Source: Solirubrobacterales bacterium (GTDB lineage: Bacteria > Bacillota > Syntrophomonadia > Syntrophomonadales > DTU052). From it: a DNA stretch of 64,000 nt. Of the stretch, positions 1 through 9,134 are shown piece by piece. The stretch's first letter is position 1; each line of letters starts with the position of its first letter. The stretch is taken from contig JBLMZI010000009.1 of the NCBI GenBank assembly GCA_050258755.1, forward strand, positions 6,006-70,005, read 5' to 3'. Made by a program: the position numbers and the translations under genes. Below the pieces are notes generated by a model, which ran no database searches, was not told the origin of the DNA, and worked only from the letters and a program-made list of their open reading frames with translations.

Positions 1-621
1 AAAAACGGCGATTTCCCCAGAAGTCAGTTCGATCCGAGCCTGGCTCTCGGCGAATTCATTGCAAACCGCCCATTGAAAGGATGACTTCATCGGGGTGTCG
101 GCCAGCGGATAGGCAAAGCCAGCCAGTGTGATCCGGGCTTCTTCGGACAAGATGATCAAGGACATGGTTTCTCCCGGAACGCCGGTTAATTCAAGGATGC
201 CTTCCCGCATCAGGTGAATCGTCAGCCCAGGTCCTTCAAAACAAACCGCTACGTCTGCGCGCAGCAGCTGCAGAGCGCTCATCAGGGTGGACAGGGTGTG
301 ATCCAGCCGCCCCCCCCATCCGCCCCAGACCGTCACTGATTCGGCCCCGGCCTCTAAGGCCATCGCATAGGCAAGCTGGGTATCAGTCTCGTTTTTCGCC
401 CGAGGATAACCGGCAAAGGTTACCCCTTCGGCCTGATAATGGTCCGCGACCTTCGGATCGATCGAATCCATGTCGCCGAGAATCTGATCCGGCTTGATCC
501 CAATATGCGCTGCCGCATTGGCGCCGCCGTCGGCGCACAGAATCAGGCCAAAGCCGGCTTCCCGGCCCCGGTACCAGTTCCAATCCCCGTATTCCCCATT
601 TACCATGACCAGGATGTCCAT
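1..621 (-). CDS. thiN: thiamine pyrophosphokinase, partial (C-terminal end cut by window start)
   Basis: Own minus-strand translation from ATG 619-621, with AGGAGG just upstream: MDILVMVNGEYGDW..LILCADGGANAAAHIGIKPDQILGDMDSIDP..YPRAKNETDTQLAYAMAL..VWGGWGGRLDHTLS. The GDxDS, K(N/D)xTD and GGRLDH motifs are the TPK signature. The ORF runs off coordinate 1, so it is absent from the supplied track. Confidence 0.8.
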   Translation of the reverse strand, partial: MDILVMVNGEYGDWNWYRGREAGFGLILCADGGANAAAHIGIKPDQILGDMDSIDPKVADHYQAEGVTFAGYPRAKNETDTQLAYAMALEAGAESVTVWGGWGGRLDHTLSTLMSALQLLRADVAVCFEGPGLTIHLMREGILELTGVPGETMSLIILSEEARITLAGFAYPLADTPMKSSFQWAVCNEFAESQARIELTSGEIAVF

Positions 622-796
622 TTCATCCTCCTGCCGGTCGAATCTTGTCAGTTTTTCTTACGATTGGCAGCGGTTTGGCAGCGGTTTTGTTAATTTTTGA
701 TGATGCCCTGGATCATTTATAGACAAACATTTTCTGACCATTATATAATTGCATAGACTCATCTAGATTATAGACCAAACGGGGAGGGAATTGTTC

Positions 797-970
797 ATGG
801 CACACTTCATTACCGACGAGTGCATTAGCTGCGGCCTTTGCGCAGATGAGTGCCCGGTGGAAGCCATCTCGGAAGGCGCGGACAAATATGAGATCGACGC
901 CGAGAAGTGCACTGACTGCGGCGCTTGCGTGGATGTATGCCCGACGGAAGCCACCAAAGCCGGCGAATAG
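797..970 (+). CDS. 2x[4Fe-4S] clostridial-type ferredoxin (57 aa)
   Basis: Own translation (below the track size cut-off): MAHFITDECISCGLCADECPVEAISEGADKYEIDAEKCTDCGACVDVCPTEATKAGE. It has two CxxCxxCxxxCP motifs. A GGGGAGGG RBS lies about 8 nt upstream of the ATG. Confidence 0.9.
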   Translation: MAHFITDECISCGLCADECPVEAISEGADKYEIDAEKCTDCGACVDVCPTEATKAGE

Positions 971-997
971 TTCGCCAAAAAGAATTTATTGATTCAC

Positions 998-1024
998 AAA
1001 ACCCCGCCGTTGCAGCGGGGTTTT
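998..1024. terminator. bidirectional intrinsic terminator between convergent ferredoxin and trmL
   Basis: aaaaccccgc-cgttgca-gcggggtttt forms a 10-bp GC-rich stem flanked by an A-run and a T-run. Confidence 0.75.
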
Positions 1025-1046
1025 GACATTTCTTGCGCTTAATCAC

Positions 1047-1505
1047 TCACTGGATGTCCGGAAAACCCTGCTGCCGAAGGGCTTCGAAAAGAATGACGGC
1101 GACTGAATTCGACAGGTTCAGGGAGCGGCCGATCGGCAGCATTGGAATTCGAAGGCCCTTCCCCGGAAACCGATCCAGGATTGATTGCGGCAGTCCCTTC
1201 GTCTCACACCCGAAGACCAGGAAATCGTCGGGCCCGTATTCAATCTGGTCATAGCTTTGCGTGGCTTTCGTGGTCGCCAGCCGAAAGCAGCCGTCCGGAT
1301 AGGCGGCCAACAGGTCGTCAAAGCTGTCCCAACGAACCAGTTTGACATGTTCCCAATAATCCAGCCCGGCCCGCTTGAGAAACCGGTCTTCCAGCGAAAA
1401 ACCAAGCTGCCCGACCAGATGCAGCGTACTTTTCGTCAAGGCGCAGGTACGCGATATGTTGCCGGTGTTCTGGGGAATTTCTGGTTCGATCAGGACGATA
1501 TGCAT
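1047..1505 (-). CDS. trmL: tRNA (cytidine/uridine34-2'-O)-methyltransferase TrmL (SpoU/TrmH class)
   Basis: 152 aa: MHIVLIEPEIPQNTGNISRTC..LVFGCETKGLP..LRIPM..RSLNLSNSVAVILFEALRQ. This is the typical YibK/TrmL pattern. Confidence 0.85.
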   Translation of the reverse strand: MHIVLIEPEIPQNTGNISRTCALTKSTLHLVGQLGFSLEDRFLKRAGLDYWEHVKLVRWDSFDDLLAAYPDGCFRLATTKATQSYDQIEYGPDDFLVFGCETKGLPQSILDRFPGKGLRIPMLPIGRSLNLSNSVAVILFEALRQQGFPDIQ

Positions 1506-1681
1506 GGCCGGTTCAACCTCCCGGTATTTGGTTTGCCACCCTTTGTTTCACTTTTCCCATTATAGCAAGCTTCCCGCTGTCAGGCACTTCTTACCGCCCG
1601 ATTATCGCGGGACACTCTTTTTCGCATAGCCATTCCTCCCACGGGAAACCGTATAAAAAAAGAAACGGAGGAATGGTCACG

Positions 1682-2668
1682 ATGAATTCGAAACGTGCCT
1701 GGTGGATGACCGGTGCGGCAGCTGTGGTTCTGCTCGCCGCCGTCTTTCTGCCGTCCATGCTGCGCGGTCCGGGTCCGGCCCGGCAGCCGGTGCTCCCCGG
1801 CAATCAGTCCAGAATCGCGCCGGAAATGGCGCAGATGAAAACCGAGCCAACCATCTCGCTTTACCGGCATGCAACCGGTGCCAAGGAGCAAATCAAGTTT
1901 GAAAAATACCTGGAAGGGGTTCTGGCGGCCGAGGTCGGCGGCAAAATGCCGATGGAAGCCTTAAAATCTCAGGCAATCGCCGCCCGCAGCATGTCGATGG
2001 CGAAAATCAAGTATATCAAGGACGTTCAGAAGCTGCACGGCACTGATGCCTGCGATCTACCGGAACATTTTCAGGCCTATAATCCCAATCTGATTACGCC
2101 GAGCATTCGTCAGGCGGTCCAGGAAACACGCGGAATGATGATTCTGGCCGATACCGACGGCCGGGCGGCGTATGCGCTGTTTCACGCCTATTCCCCGCAC
2201 CGGACCGCGGCAATCACCGAAGCTTTCCCGCAGCAGCAGGGCTTGGCCGGCTCCTACATTCGCTCAGTCCCGTCGCCGGGTGAAAAGTACGCGCCTGCCG
2301 AACAGCGGAACTGGACGGTATCTTTCCCGAAAGCCGCTGTTGCGGCCGCATTTGGCACCCAGCAGGATGTCGGCGATATCAAGGTCACCCGAACCGGTCC
2401 GAGCGGCCGAGCCCTGGATGTAACCGCCGGCGGCAAAACCATCAAATCCTATGACCTGCGCACCAAGCTTGGCGGAACCAAGCTGAAATCCACCATGTTC
2501 ACCGTGAAAAACACCGGGGATCAGATCGTATTCACCGGGCAGGGCTGGGGACATGGCTGCGGCATGGCGCAGTGGGGCGCGGTTGATTATGCCAATCGCG
2601 GACAGAAGGCGACCCAGATTCTCAATCAGTATTACCCGAATACGCACCTGGTTCAGGTTTACCGCTAG
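1682..2668 (+). CDS. SpoIID/LytB-domain protein (sporulation-type lytic transglycosylase)
   Basis: Track ORF 1673..2668. I prefer ATG 1682, with GGAGGA 9 nt upstream. It has an N-terminal membrane anchor, then YLEGVLAAEV..EALKSQAIAARS and GHGCGMAQWGA, which match the SpoIID family. Confidence 0.8.
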   Translation: MNSKRAWWMTGAAAVVLLAAVFLPSMLRGPGPARQPVLPGNQSRIAPEMAQMKTEPTISLYRHATGAKEQIKFEKYLEGVLAAEVGGKMPMEALKSQAIAARSMSMAKIKYIKDVQKLHGTDACDLPEHFQAYNPNLITPSIRQAVQETRGMMILADTDGRAAYALFHAYSPHRTAAITEAFPQQQGLAGSYIRSVPSPGEKYAPAEQRNWTVSFPKAAVAAAFGTQQDVGDIKVTRTGPSGRALDVTAGGKTIKSYDLRTKLGGTKLKSTMFTVKNTGDQIVFTGQGWGHGCGMAQWGAVDYANRGQKATQILNQYYPNTHLVQVYR

Positions 2669-2805
2669 CTTCGCGGGGCGAGGCCAAACCCAAAACGAAG
2701 GCTCCGACCGATTCGCCCGGAATGATAACGGCGACGATTGGAGCCTTCACGCATGAATAGCCGGTTGTACAGGGGGCTGCAACAGCTGCCATCACAGGCG
2801 GGGAT

Positions 2806-3567
2806 TCATCGGGATTTCCCAAGGTAGGATTGGATGACCCGTTCGTCGGAGCGCACCACATCCGGGGTTCCCTCGGCAATTTTTCGGCCGTAATCGAGCA
2901 CGCTGATCCGCTCACAGATGTTCATGACCACATTCATGTCATGCTCCACCAGCAGGATGGTAACGCCTAAATCACGGATCTGGCGGATGTAATTTAACAG
3001 CTCTTCTTTTTCGCGGGCATTCATCCCGGCGGCCGGTTCGTCCAGCAGCAGCAGGGACGGATTCAAGGCCAGCGCCCGGGCAATTTCAAGGCGGCGCTGT
3101 TCACCGTATGGCAGGCTGTCAGCCAGTTCCATGGCCCGGTCGGCCAGCCCGACCAGATCCAGAAGTTCACGGGCCCGCTCGCGCTGACGCCGTTCCTCGT
3201 GGTTCCGCTGCTTCGCGGCCAGTAAAGCCGCCAGCGGGGTCGACGGGGTTACGCCGTGCATGCCGACCCGAACATTATCGATCACGGAAAGCTTTTTAAA
3301 AAGCCTGATATTCTGAAAGGTGCGTGCAATCCCTTTCCGTGCGAGCCGGTACGGCGGCTGGCCGGTAATCGGTTTGCCGGCAAAGAAAAGCGCCCCGGCG
3401 GTCGGCTTGTAAATCCCGGTCACCAGGTTGAACAGCGTGGTCTTCCCGGCGCCGTTGGGGCCGATCAAACCGAAGATTTCGTTCTTTTCCACCGCCAGCG
3501 AGACCGAATCCAGGGCGCGCAGCCCGCCGAAATCCTGGCTGACGTTTTTCAATTCCAGAATGTGCAC
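2806..3567 (-). CDS. livG: branched-chain amino-acid ABC transporter ATP-binding protein, LivG type
   Basis: 253 aa. Walker A GPNGAGKTT, ABC signature LPYGEQRRLEIARAL, Walker B LLLLDEPAAGM. Confidence 0.85.
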   Translation of the reverse strand: MHILELKNVSQDFGGLRALDSVSLAVEKNEIFGLIGPNGAGKTTLFNLVTGIYKPTAGALFFAGKPITGQPPYRLARKGIARTFQNIRLFKKLSVIDNVRVGMHGVTPSTPLAALLAAKQRNHEERRQRERARELLDLVGLADRAMELADSLPYGEQRRLEIARALALNPSLLLLDEPAAGMNAREKEELLNYIRQIRDLGVTILLVEHDMNVVMNICERISVLDYGRKIAEGTPDVVRSDERVIQSYLGKSR

Positions 3568-3584
3568 GAAGCGTTCCTCCCCGA

Positions 3585-4505
3585 TCAGGTCTGAAGCCCT
3601 TCCCCGGCCGATGGATCCTTGTCTTTACCCTGGCGCTCACGCCACCAGCGTTTGACGTCATACCAGCGAATATCGCCCAGAATCCCGTTCGGGCGGTAGG
3701 TCATCAGCAGTATCAGCAGAGCGCCGTTAAACAACAGCCGGTATTCCTTCACGAAGCGAAGCTGTTCCGGCAAAACGGTCAATAAGGTGGCCCCCAGGAT
3801 CGTTCCGGGAATGCTGCCCATACCGCCGAGCACCACCATGTTCAAAATCTCTACCGATTTGATAAAGCGGAAGTCCTCCGGATGGATGTAATACATGTAG
3901 TGGGCATAGAGGGCACCGCCGACACCGGCCATAAACGCGCCCATGGCAAAGGCCATGACCTTATACAGGGTGGTGTTGACCCCCGAAGCTGCCGCCGCGA
4001 TTTCATCCTCGCGGATCGCGTACATGGCCCGTCCGGTGCGCGAGCGCAGCAGCAGCCAGTTGAAGAGTATCATCAATACTGCGATGACCCAGACCACTGT
4101 AAATCCCGTAAATTTCGGAATTCCAGACAGTCCCAGGCCGCCGCCGGTGGTTTTCAGATTTAAGAAGACTACCCGGATGATTTCCCCGAACCCGATCGTG
4201 ACCATGGCCAGATAATCCCCTTCCAGACGAAGGGTCGGCGTGCCGATCACGATCCCGACCACAAATGCCATGGCCCCAGCCCCCAGGATGCTGACGGCGA
4301 AAGGCAGGTGGTAGTGCATGACGAGAATCGCCGAGGTATAGGCGCCAATGCTTACAAAGCCGGCATGGCCCATGGATAGCTGACCGGTCACACCGGTGAT
4401 CAGGTTCAGCCCCAGAGCGAGAATGATGTTGATGCCGATCAGAATCATGAGCTGGATAAAAACGGCGTCAAAGGTCTGGGCAATCAAAGCGTCAAACGTA
4501 CTCAT
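3585..4505 (-). CDS. livM: branched-chain amino-acid ABC transporter permease, LivM type
   Basis: 306-aa polytopic membrane protein with GQLSMGHAGFVSIGAYT and GGMGSIPG, typical of HAAT-family permeases. It sits between livH and livG. Confidence 0.8.
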   Translation of the reverse strand: MSTFDALIAQTFDAVFIQLMILIGINIILALGLNLITGVTGQLSMGHAGFVSIGAYTSAILVMHYHLPFAVSILGAGAMAFVVGIVIGTPTLRLEGDYLAMVTIGFGEIIRVVFLNLKTTGGGLGLSGIPKFTGFTVVWVIAVLMILFNWLLLRSRTGRAMYAIREDEIAAAASGVNTTLYKVMAFAMGAFMAGVGGALYAHYMYYIHPEDFRFIKSVEILNMVVLGGMGSIPGTILGATLLTVLPEQLRFVKEYRLLFNGALLILLMTYRPNGILGDIRWYDVKRWWRERQGKDKDPSAGEGLQT

Positions 4506-4507
4506 CG

Positions 4508-5383
4508 CTATACCTTCTTGATGACCGGCTTCCCGAGCAGCCCCTGGGGCCGCACGATCAGCACGAGAATGAGAATACCGAACGCAAACGCATCCTTATA
4601 CGATGAGGCTAGAAATGCGATGCCAAAGGTTTCCAGAATGCCAAGCAGCATGCCGCCGATCATGGCCCCGGGAATGGAGCCGATCCCGCCGAGAATCGCG
4701 GCCGCAAATGCCTTAAGACCCCACTGCATGCCCATGTATGGCTGAACCGCGCCCCAGTTGAGTCCGACCAGTACACCGCCCGCGGCCGCGAGCGCCGAAC
4801 CGATGCCGAAGGTGATCGCAATCACCCGGTCGACATTGACCCCCATGAGAGTCGCGGCATCCACATCCTGCGCGCAAGCCCGCATCGCAAGACCAATTTT
4901 GGTTTTATGGACCAAAATCTGCAGGCCAATCATCAGCAGGGCCGCTGTCACCAGGATGAGAATCTGCAGGCTGGAAATACTGACCGAGGCGACTGTGAAC
5001 GACACCATCGGGAATGCGCTCTCTGGATAGTTTTCAAATCCCGGACCCCGGATTAAAACCATCACCGTGGACAGAATCATGGAAACCCCGATTGCGCTGA
5101 TTAACGCTGATAGGCGGGAAGCTCTGCGCAAAGGCCGGTACGCCAACCGCTCGATCAGCATGCCGAGCAGGGCGCAGAACAGCATCGCCCCAAGAATCCC
5201 GGCAAAGACGTTCAGGCCAAGCACGGTAACCAGGAACAGCCCGACGAACGCACCGATCATGTAGACCTCGCCGTGGGCGAAGTTAATCAGCTGCACAATG
5301 CCGTATACCATCGTGTAGCCAAGGGCGATCAGTGCATAGGCGCTGCCCATGGTGAGACCGTTCACCAGCTGTTCCCATAACAT
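4508..5383 (-). CDS. livH: branched-chain amino-acid ABC transporter permease, LivH type
   Basis: Track ORF 4508..5485. I moved the start to ATG 5381-5383 (GGAG 9 nt upstream), giving MLWEQLVNGLTMGSAYALIALGYTMVYG, the usual LivH N-terminus. The C-terminal GGIGSIPGAMIGG motif is present. Confidence 0.8.
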   Translation of the reverse strand: MLWEQLVNGLTMGSAYALIALGYTMVYGIVQLINFAHGEVYMIGAFVGLFLVTVLGLNVFAGILGAMLFCALLGMLIERLAYRPLRRASRLSALISAIGVSMILSTVMVLIRGPGFENYPESAFPMVSFTVASVSISSLQILILVTAALLMIGLQILVHKTKIGLAMRACAQDVDAATLMGVNVDRVIAITFGIGSALAAAGGVLVGLNWGAVQPYMGMQWGLKAFAAAILGGIGSIPGAMIGGMLLGILETFGIAFLASSYKDAFAFGILILVLIVRPQGLLGKPVIKKV

Positions 5384-5539
5384 ATGGTTCTGCTCCGTTT
5401 CCGAAGTGAAATCCCCGAAATGACGTGGGAGAGGTGGGCCAGCGTCCCCAATCAGGAGCGTACGCCTTGGCCCACCTCTTTTCATTTCGTCACTGCGGCA
5501 GACAAACTGCCAAATCTAATTGTAACCTACCCGGTCAAG

Positions 5540-6700
5540 TTATTGCACCTTGACGTCGATCTTCTGCTTCAGCTTGAACTTGCCATCCTGGACCGTCAGC
5601 AGATAAACCGGGCTCTTGATCGGCTCACGGTCGGCCTGGAAGGTGATCACGCCGGACGCGCCGGGGAAGTTCGCGGTCTTGGCCAGCGCTTTTACATAAA
5701 CCTTCGGATCGGTGCTTTTCGTTTCTTCCATGACCTTGGCCAGGATCATGAGCGCGTCATAGTACTGGGCCGCAAACATGTCGGCTTCCGCGCCATTGTA
5801 CTTCTTGGCATAGGCATCCAGGAACTTCTTGGTTTCCGGGGTCGGCTGCTCGGGGGAGAACCCGCAGTAAACCATGCTGCCTTCCACCGCTTTGCCGCCG
5901 AGTTTAACCAGATCCGGGCCCAGACAGCCATCGCCGCCGACGAACAGCTGCTTCATCCCCTGTTTGCGGACTTCCTTCATAAAGAGGCCCGCTTCGGTAT
6001 AGTAGCCGGTAAAGATGATCAGGTCGGAATTGGCCGCCTTGATATTGGTCACTTGAGCGGCGAAGTTGGTGTCGCCCTTCTGGATGCTTTCCTCGATCAC
6101 GACCGCCGCGCCTTTGTCCTTCACGGCCTTACGGAAGATGCCTGAAAGTCCGACACTGTAGTCGTCGTTGGTCGCCGTGACCAGGGCGATTTTCTTGAAA
6201 TTCTGCCCAAGCAGATACTCGACCGTAGCCGGAGCCGCAACGCTGTCGAGCAGCGTATCGCGGAAGACGTAATCACCGATCTCGCAGACGCCGGTTCCGG
6301 TCGCGCCTGCCGAGATGATGACCATCTGGTTGTCCTGGGCAATCTTGCCGGCCACCTTGGTAATGCCGGTGCATGGGTCACCGACCAGCGCGGCTACCTT
6401 CTCCTGGGTGATGTACCGGGTGGTCAGGTTGGCGGCTTCGGTCTTGTCGCCACGGTTGTCTTCGCCGAGAATCTCGATCGGTTTTCCGAGGATCCCGCCC
6501 TTCGCGTTCAGTTCCTCAGCGGCGAGCTGCAAGCCCTTCAGTCCGGGCTGGCCATAGTTGGCGACGTCGCCGGTCAGTGCGCCTAAAAAGCCGATTTTCA
6601 CTGTCTCTTCCTGTTTCTTGGCACATCCTGCCAAACTGCCCAGCGCGAGAACCAGACAGAGCGCGATGGCCAACATCTTGGTCGTTTTCTTCATCCGCAC
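5540..6700 (-). CDS. livK: Leu/Ile/Val-family ABC substrate-binding lipoprotein
   Basis: 386 aa. Lipobox LALGSLAGC after a basic N-terminus. It has the type-I periplasmic binding fold pattern (KIGFLGALTGDVANYG, GDPCTG). First gene of the liv operon. Confidence 0.8.
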   Translation of the reverse strand: MRMKKTTKMLAIALCLVLALGSLAGCAKKQEETVKIGFLGALTGDVANYGQPGLKGLQLAAEELNAKGGILGKPIEILGEDNRGDKTEAANLTTRYITQEKVAALVGDPCTGITKVAGKIAQDNQMVIISAGATGTGVCEIGDYVFRDTLLDSVAAPATVEYLLGQNFKKIALVTATNDDYSVGLSGIFRKAVKDKGAAVVIEESIQKGDTNFAAQVTNIKAANSDLIIFTGYYTEAGLFMKEVRKQGMKQLFVGGDGCLGPDLVKLGGKAVEGSMVYCGFSPEQPTPETKKFLDAYAKKYNGAEADMFAAQYYDALMILAKVMEETKSTDPKVYVKALAKTANFPGASGVITFQADREPIKSPVYLLTVQDGKFKLKQKIDVKVQ

Positions 6701-6868
6701 TTTCCCTCCTGTTGTTCCTGGACCCTATTCCGTTCAGGCCCGAAAAATCTCAAGTTAAAAGATTCCACCTTGAAGGGAAAATCCCTGCCGGAATGTATCG
6801 GAATTCGGCGTGCAAAGTCGAAATAGCCGTGCAAGAAACAAAGCTGACATGGACCTTCGTCCATGCCC

Positions 6869-6900
6869 ATCGCTTTTCAATCGCTTTTCAATCGTTTTCC
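6869..6900. repeat. three tandem ~11-bp direct repeats (atcgcttttca x2 plus degenerate atcgttttcc)
   Basis: Read directly at 6869-6879, 6880-6890 and 6891-6900. The repeats lie between the stop of the AbrB-like gene (6927) and the livK start (6700). Confidence 0.7.
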
Positions 6901-6926
6901 TGATCGAATCCATCGGAAACTTGGGT

Positions 6927-7202
6927 TTAATGCAGCCCCCACATTTCTTCGTTTTCGCTGCATGGGTCCTGCCGGAAGAGCGACTGGCGCCAGGCGGCGT
7001 TCAAGTGCTCGCGGTAGTCTTCGAAGGTCTGTAACTGCGGGGTCATGACCAGCGGCTTCAGAATCAAAGTGCCGTCGGGCTCCACGCTGGCTTCGAAGCG
7101 GGTGCCTTCGCCCACATTGAGTTGATCCAGAATGTTTTCATTGAGCTGCAGCCAGCCATGATTCTGGAGGGTCAGCAGGGTGGATAAACGGATTCCGTTC
7201 AT
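6927..7202 (-). CDS. small AbrB/SpoVT-like (swapped-hairpin) domain protein, paralog of 9604..9888
   Basis: Track ORF 6927..7244. I prefer ATG 7200-7202, with GAAGGAGAGG upstream. MNGIRLSTLLTLQNHGWLQLNENILDQLNVGEGTRFEASVEPDGTLILKPL fits the AbrB/MazE/SpoVT N-terminal domain pattern. It aligns by eye with 9604..9888. Confidence 0.6.
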   Translation of the reverse strand: MNGIRLSTLLTLQNHGWLQLNENILDQLNVGEGTRFEASVEPDGTLILKPLVMTPQLQTFEDYREHLNAAWRQSLFRQDPCSENEEMWGLH

Positions 7203-7280
7203 GGGTTCCTCTCCTTCAAAACACCTTTTCCTTTCCTGAAGCATTACCGGAATTAACGGGAGGCAAACATGCTTTGAAAG

Positions 7281-7634
7281 TCAGGCGTCTTTCGCGTTCT
7301 TGCGCTTTGGCTCGATGCGCCAGGACATGGTCCGCATTTCGGTGACCGGGTCCATCCAGTCTGAGTCGATTTCCAGACACTTTTCCGGACAGGCCTCAAC
7401 ACAGGCGCCGCAGACGATGCAGCTGTACGGATCGTATTTATACATCCAATCCTTCCGCTTGATTTCGATCGCACCCGCCGGGCAGCGCTTCTCGCACGCG
7501 GTGCACATGATGCACTCGCGCATGTCCAGGACCAGCCGGCCCCGGGCGCTAATGGCCGGTTCGCGGACCACGGCCGGATAATTCATCGTGGCCGGTTTTT
7601 CAAGATTCTTGAACAGGGTAGCACGCATGCGCAT
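7281..7634 (-). CDS. echF: Ech hydrogenase subunit F (2x[4Fe-4S], NuoI-like)
   Basis: 117 aa with two ferredoxin-type motifs, CIMCTACEKRCP and CIVCGACVEACP. The position and size match EchF. Confidence 0.8.
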   Translation of the reverse strand: MRMRATLFKNLEKPATMNYPAVVREPAISARGRLVLDMRECIMCTACEKRCPAGAIEIKRKDWMYKYDPYSCIVCGACVEACPEKCLEIDSDWMDPVTEMRTMSWRIEPKRKNAKDA

Positions 7635-7665
7635 GGCAAATCGGTCTCCTTTGTCGCTTCTCGTG

Positions 7666-8742
7666 CTAACGCTCGCTGCAGCTGATGCACGGGTCGATGG
7701 ACAGCACGATTACGGGAACATCGGCCAGGGCGCAGCCGGGCAGCATATGCAGCAGGGCCGGAATGTTGGCAAAAGTCGGGGTGCGGATGCGCAGCCGGTC
7801 CAGCGTCCGGTTGCGGCTGGCCTTCATATAATAAAACGCTTCACCGCGCGGCTGTTCCATGCGGACAAAGACTTCGCCGTCCAGCATTCCTCGGAAATTA
7901 TATTTGATTTCACCTTCGGGGAGACGCTCCAGTCCCTGCCGGATCAGGTCCAGCGAAACCAACACCTCGCGCGCGCGGACCACGGCTCGGGCAAATGCGT
8001 CCCCTTCCGTTTCGGTGACCGGCTCCCATTCAAGTTCGCTGTAAGCGCCATAGTTCAGCAGCCGAGTGTCTCCGGAAATCCCGCAGGCCCGCAGCATCGG
8101 ACCAACCGCCCCCAATGCCTTGGCGTCGTCCGCGCTGAGAACCCCGACCCCGCAGGTTCGGCTTTGCACCGTGTAGTCCCGGTACAGCACCGGAAGCAAT
8201 GCTTCGTATTCCTCGCGCACCTTTTCGATTTCCCGCAAAAAGGTGCCGACCATGTGCTCGTCCAGGTTTTTTCGCATCCCGCCAATGGTGCAGGTGGACA
8301 TGATGACCCGTCCCCCGCCGCCGGCTTCCTGAAGGTCGAGAATACGCTCCCGAACCCGCCAGCACTGCATAAACAGGCTCTCCAGGCCGAAGGAATCCGC
8401 AAACAAACCCAGCCACAAGAGATGGCTGTGAACCCGCGACATTTCGGAAAAGACCAGGCGCAGCATGGTGGCTCTGGGCGGCACCTGAATCTTCATCATC
8501 CGTTCCACGCACTCGCAGTACAGGTAGGCGTGGATGAAATTGCAGATCCCGCAGACCCGCTCGGCCAGGTAGATGTTTTTCACGTAATCATTGTATTCGG
8601 CCCCTTTTTCCAGGCCGCGGTGGACATACCCGAGCGAGGGCACCGCGTCGACGACAACCTCGTCCTCAACCACCAGATTCAGGTGGATCGGCTCCGGCAG
8701 CACCGGATGCTGGGGTCCGAAAGGAACCAGGGTTCGCGCCAT
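7666..8742 (-). CDS. echE: Ech hydrogenase large [NiFe] subunit E (NuoD-like)
   Basis: 358 aa. The N-terminal RVCGICNFIH (RxCGxCxxxH) and C-terminal DPCISCSER (DPCxxCxxR) nickel-ligand motifs are both present. The protein ends at this motif, so there is no C-terminal extension. Confidence 0.9.
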   Translation of the reverse strand: MARTLVPFGPQHPVLPEPIHLNLVVEDEVVVDAVPSLGYVHRGLEKGAEYNDYVKNIYLAERVCGICNFIHAYLYCECVERMMKIQVPPRATMLRLVFSEMSRVHSHLLWLGLFADSFGLESLFMQCWRVRERILDLQEAGGGGRVIMSTCTIGGMRKNLDEHMVGTFLREIEKVREEYEALLPVLYRDYTVQSRTCGVGVLSADDAKALGAVGPMLRACGISGDTRLLNYGAYSELEWEPVTETEGDAFARAVVRAREVLVSLDLIRQGLERLPEGEIKYNFRGMLDGEVFVRMEQPRGEAFYYMKASRNRTLDRLRIRTPTFANIPALLHMLPGCALADVPVIVLSIDPCISCSER

Positions 8743-8765
8743 GAAAGAGTCTCCTTCCTGTTCGC

Positions 8766-9134
8766 CTATACCGCGTCCTTGTTGACTTCGTGCGGAGCCG
8801 TGGACCGAAGCATCGGCGTTTTCGGCCCGTCCTGGGCCAGCATCAAAAGGCCTTCAAAATCCGGTTTCAGGCCTTCAAACCGAAGGCCGAATTGATCCTG
8901 GATTTCGTTTTCAATCAGAAAGGCGCATGGGAAAGTCCCGGTGATGCTGGGAAACGGCCGGTCTTTGTCCGCCTTGACGCGCAGATGCTCCAGTTCCATC
9001 TCCCGGTCAAAACTGTAGATCAGCTCGAACTGGTCGATCAGGTCAACGCAGGTCATGGTCACAAACCGGGTTTGCTGTTCCTTCATTTTATGAAGGGCTT
9101 CCGGTAAGCTGCCGCGGGTGATTTCGCCGTTCAT
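8766..9134 (-). CDS. echD: Ech hydrogenase subunit D (NuoC/30-kDa-like)
   Basis: 122 aa. Size and position between the small and large subunits fit EchD. The AAAGGGGG RBS lies 8 nt upstream of ATG 9134. The start overlaps the echC 3' end by 47 nt in another frame. Confidence 0.65.
   Translation of the reverse strand: MNGEITRGSLPEALHKMKEQQTRFVTMTCVDLIDQFELIYSFDREMELEHLRVKADKDRPFPSITGTFPCAFLIENEIQDQFGLRFEGLKPDFEGLLMLAQDGPKTPMLRSTAPHEVNKDAV

Noticed and set aside
7588-8895. 435-aa plus-strand ORF, the longest plus-strand ORF in the hydrogenase region.
   Set aside because: It lies exactly antisense to echE, whose minus-strand translation carries both NiFe-ligand motifs. The plus-strand product is a low-complexity Arg/Gly/Pro/His/Gln-rich string typical of shadow ORFs in GC-rich DNA.
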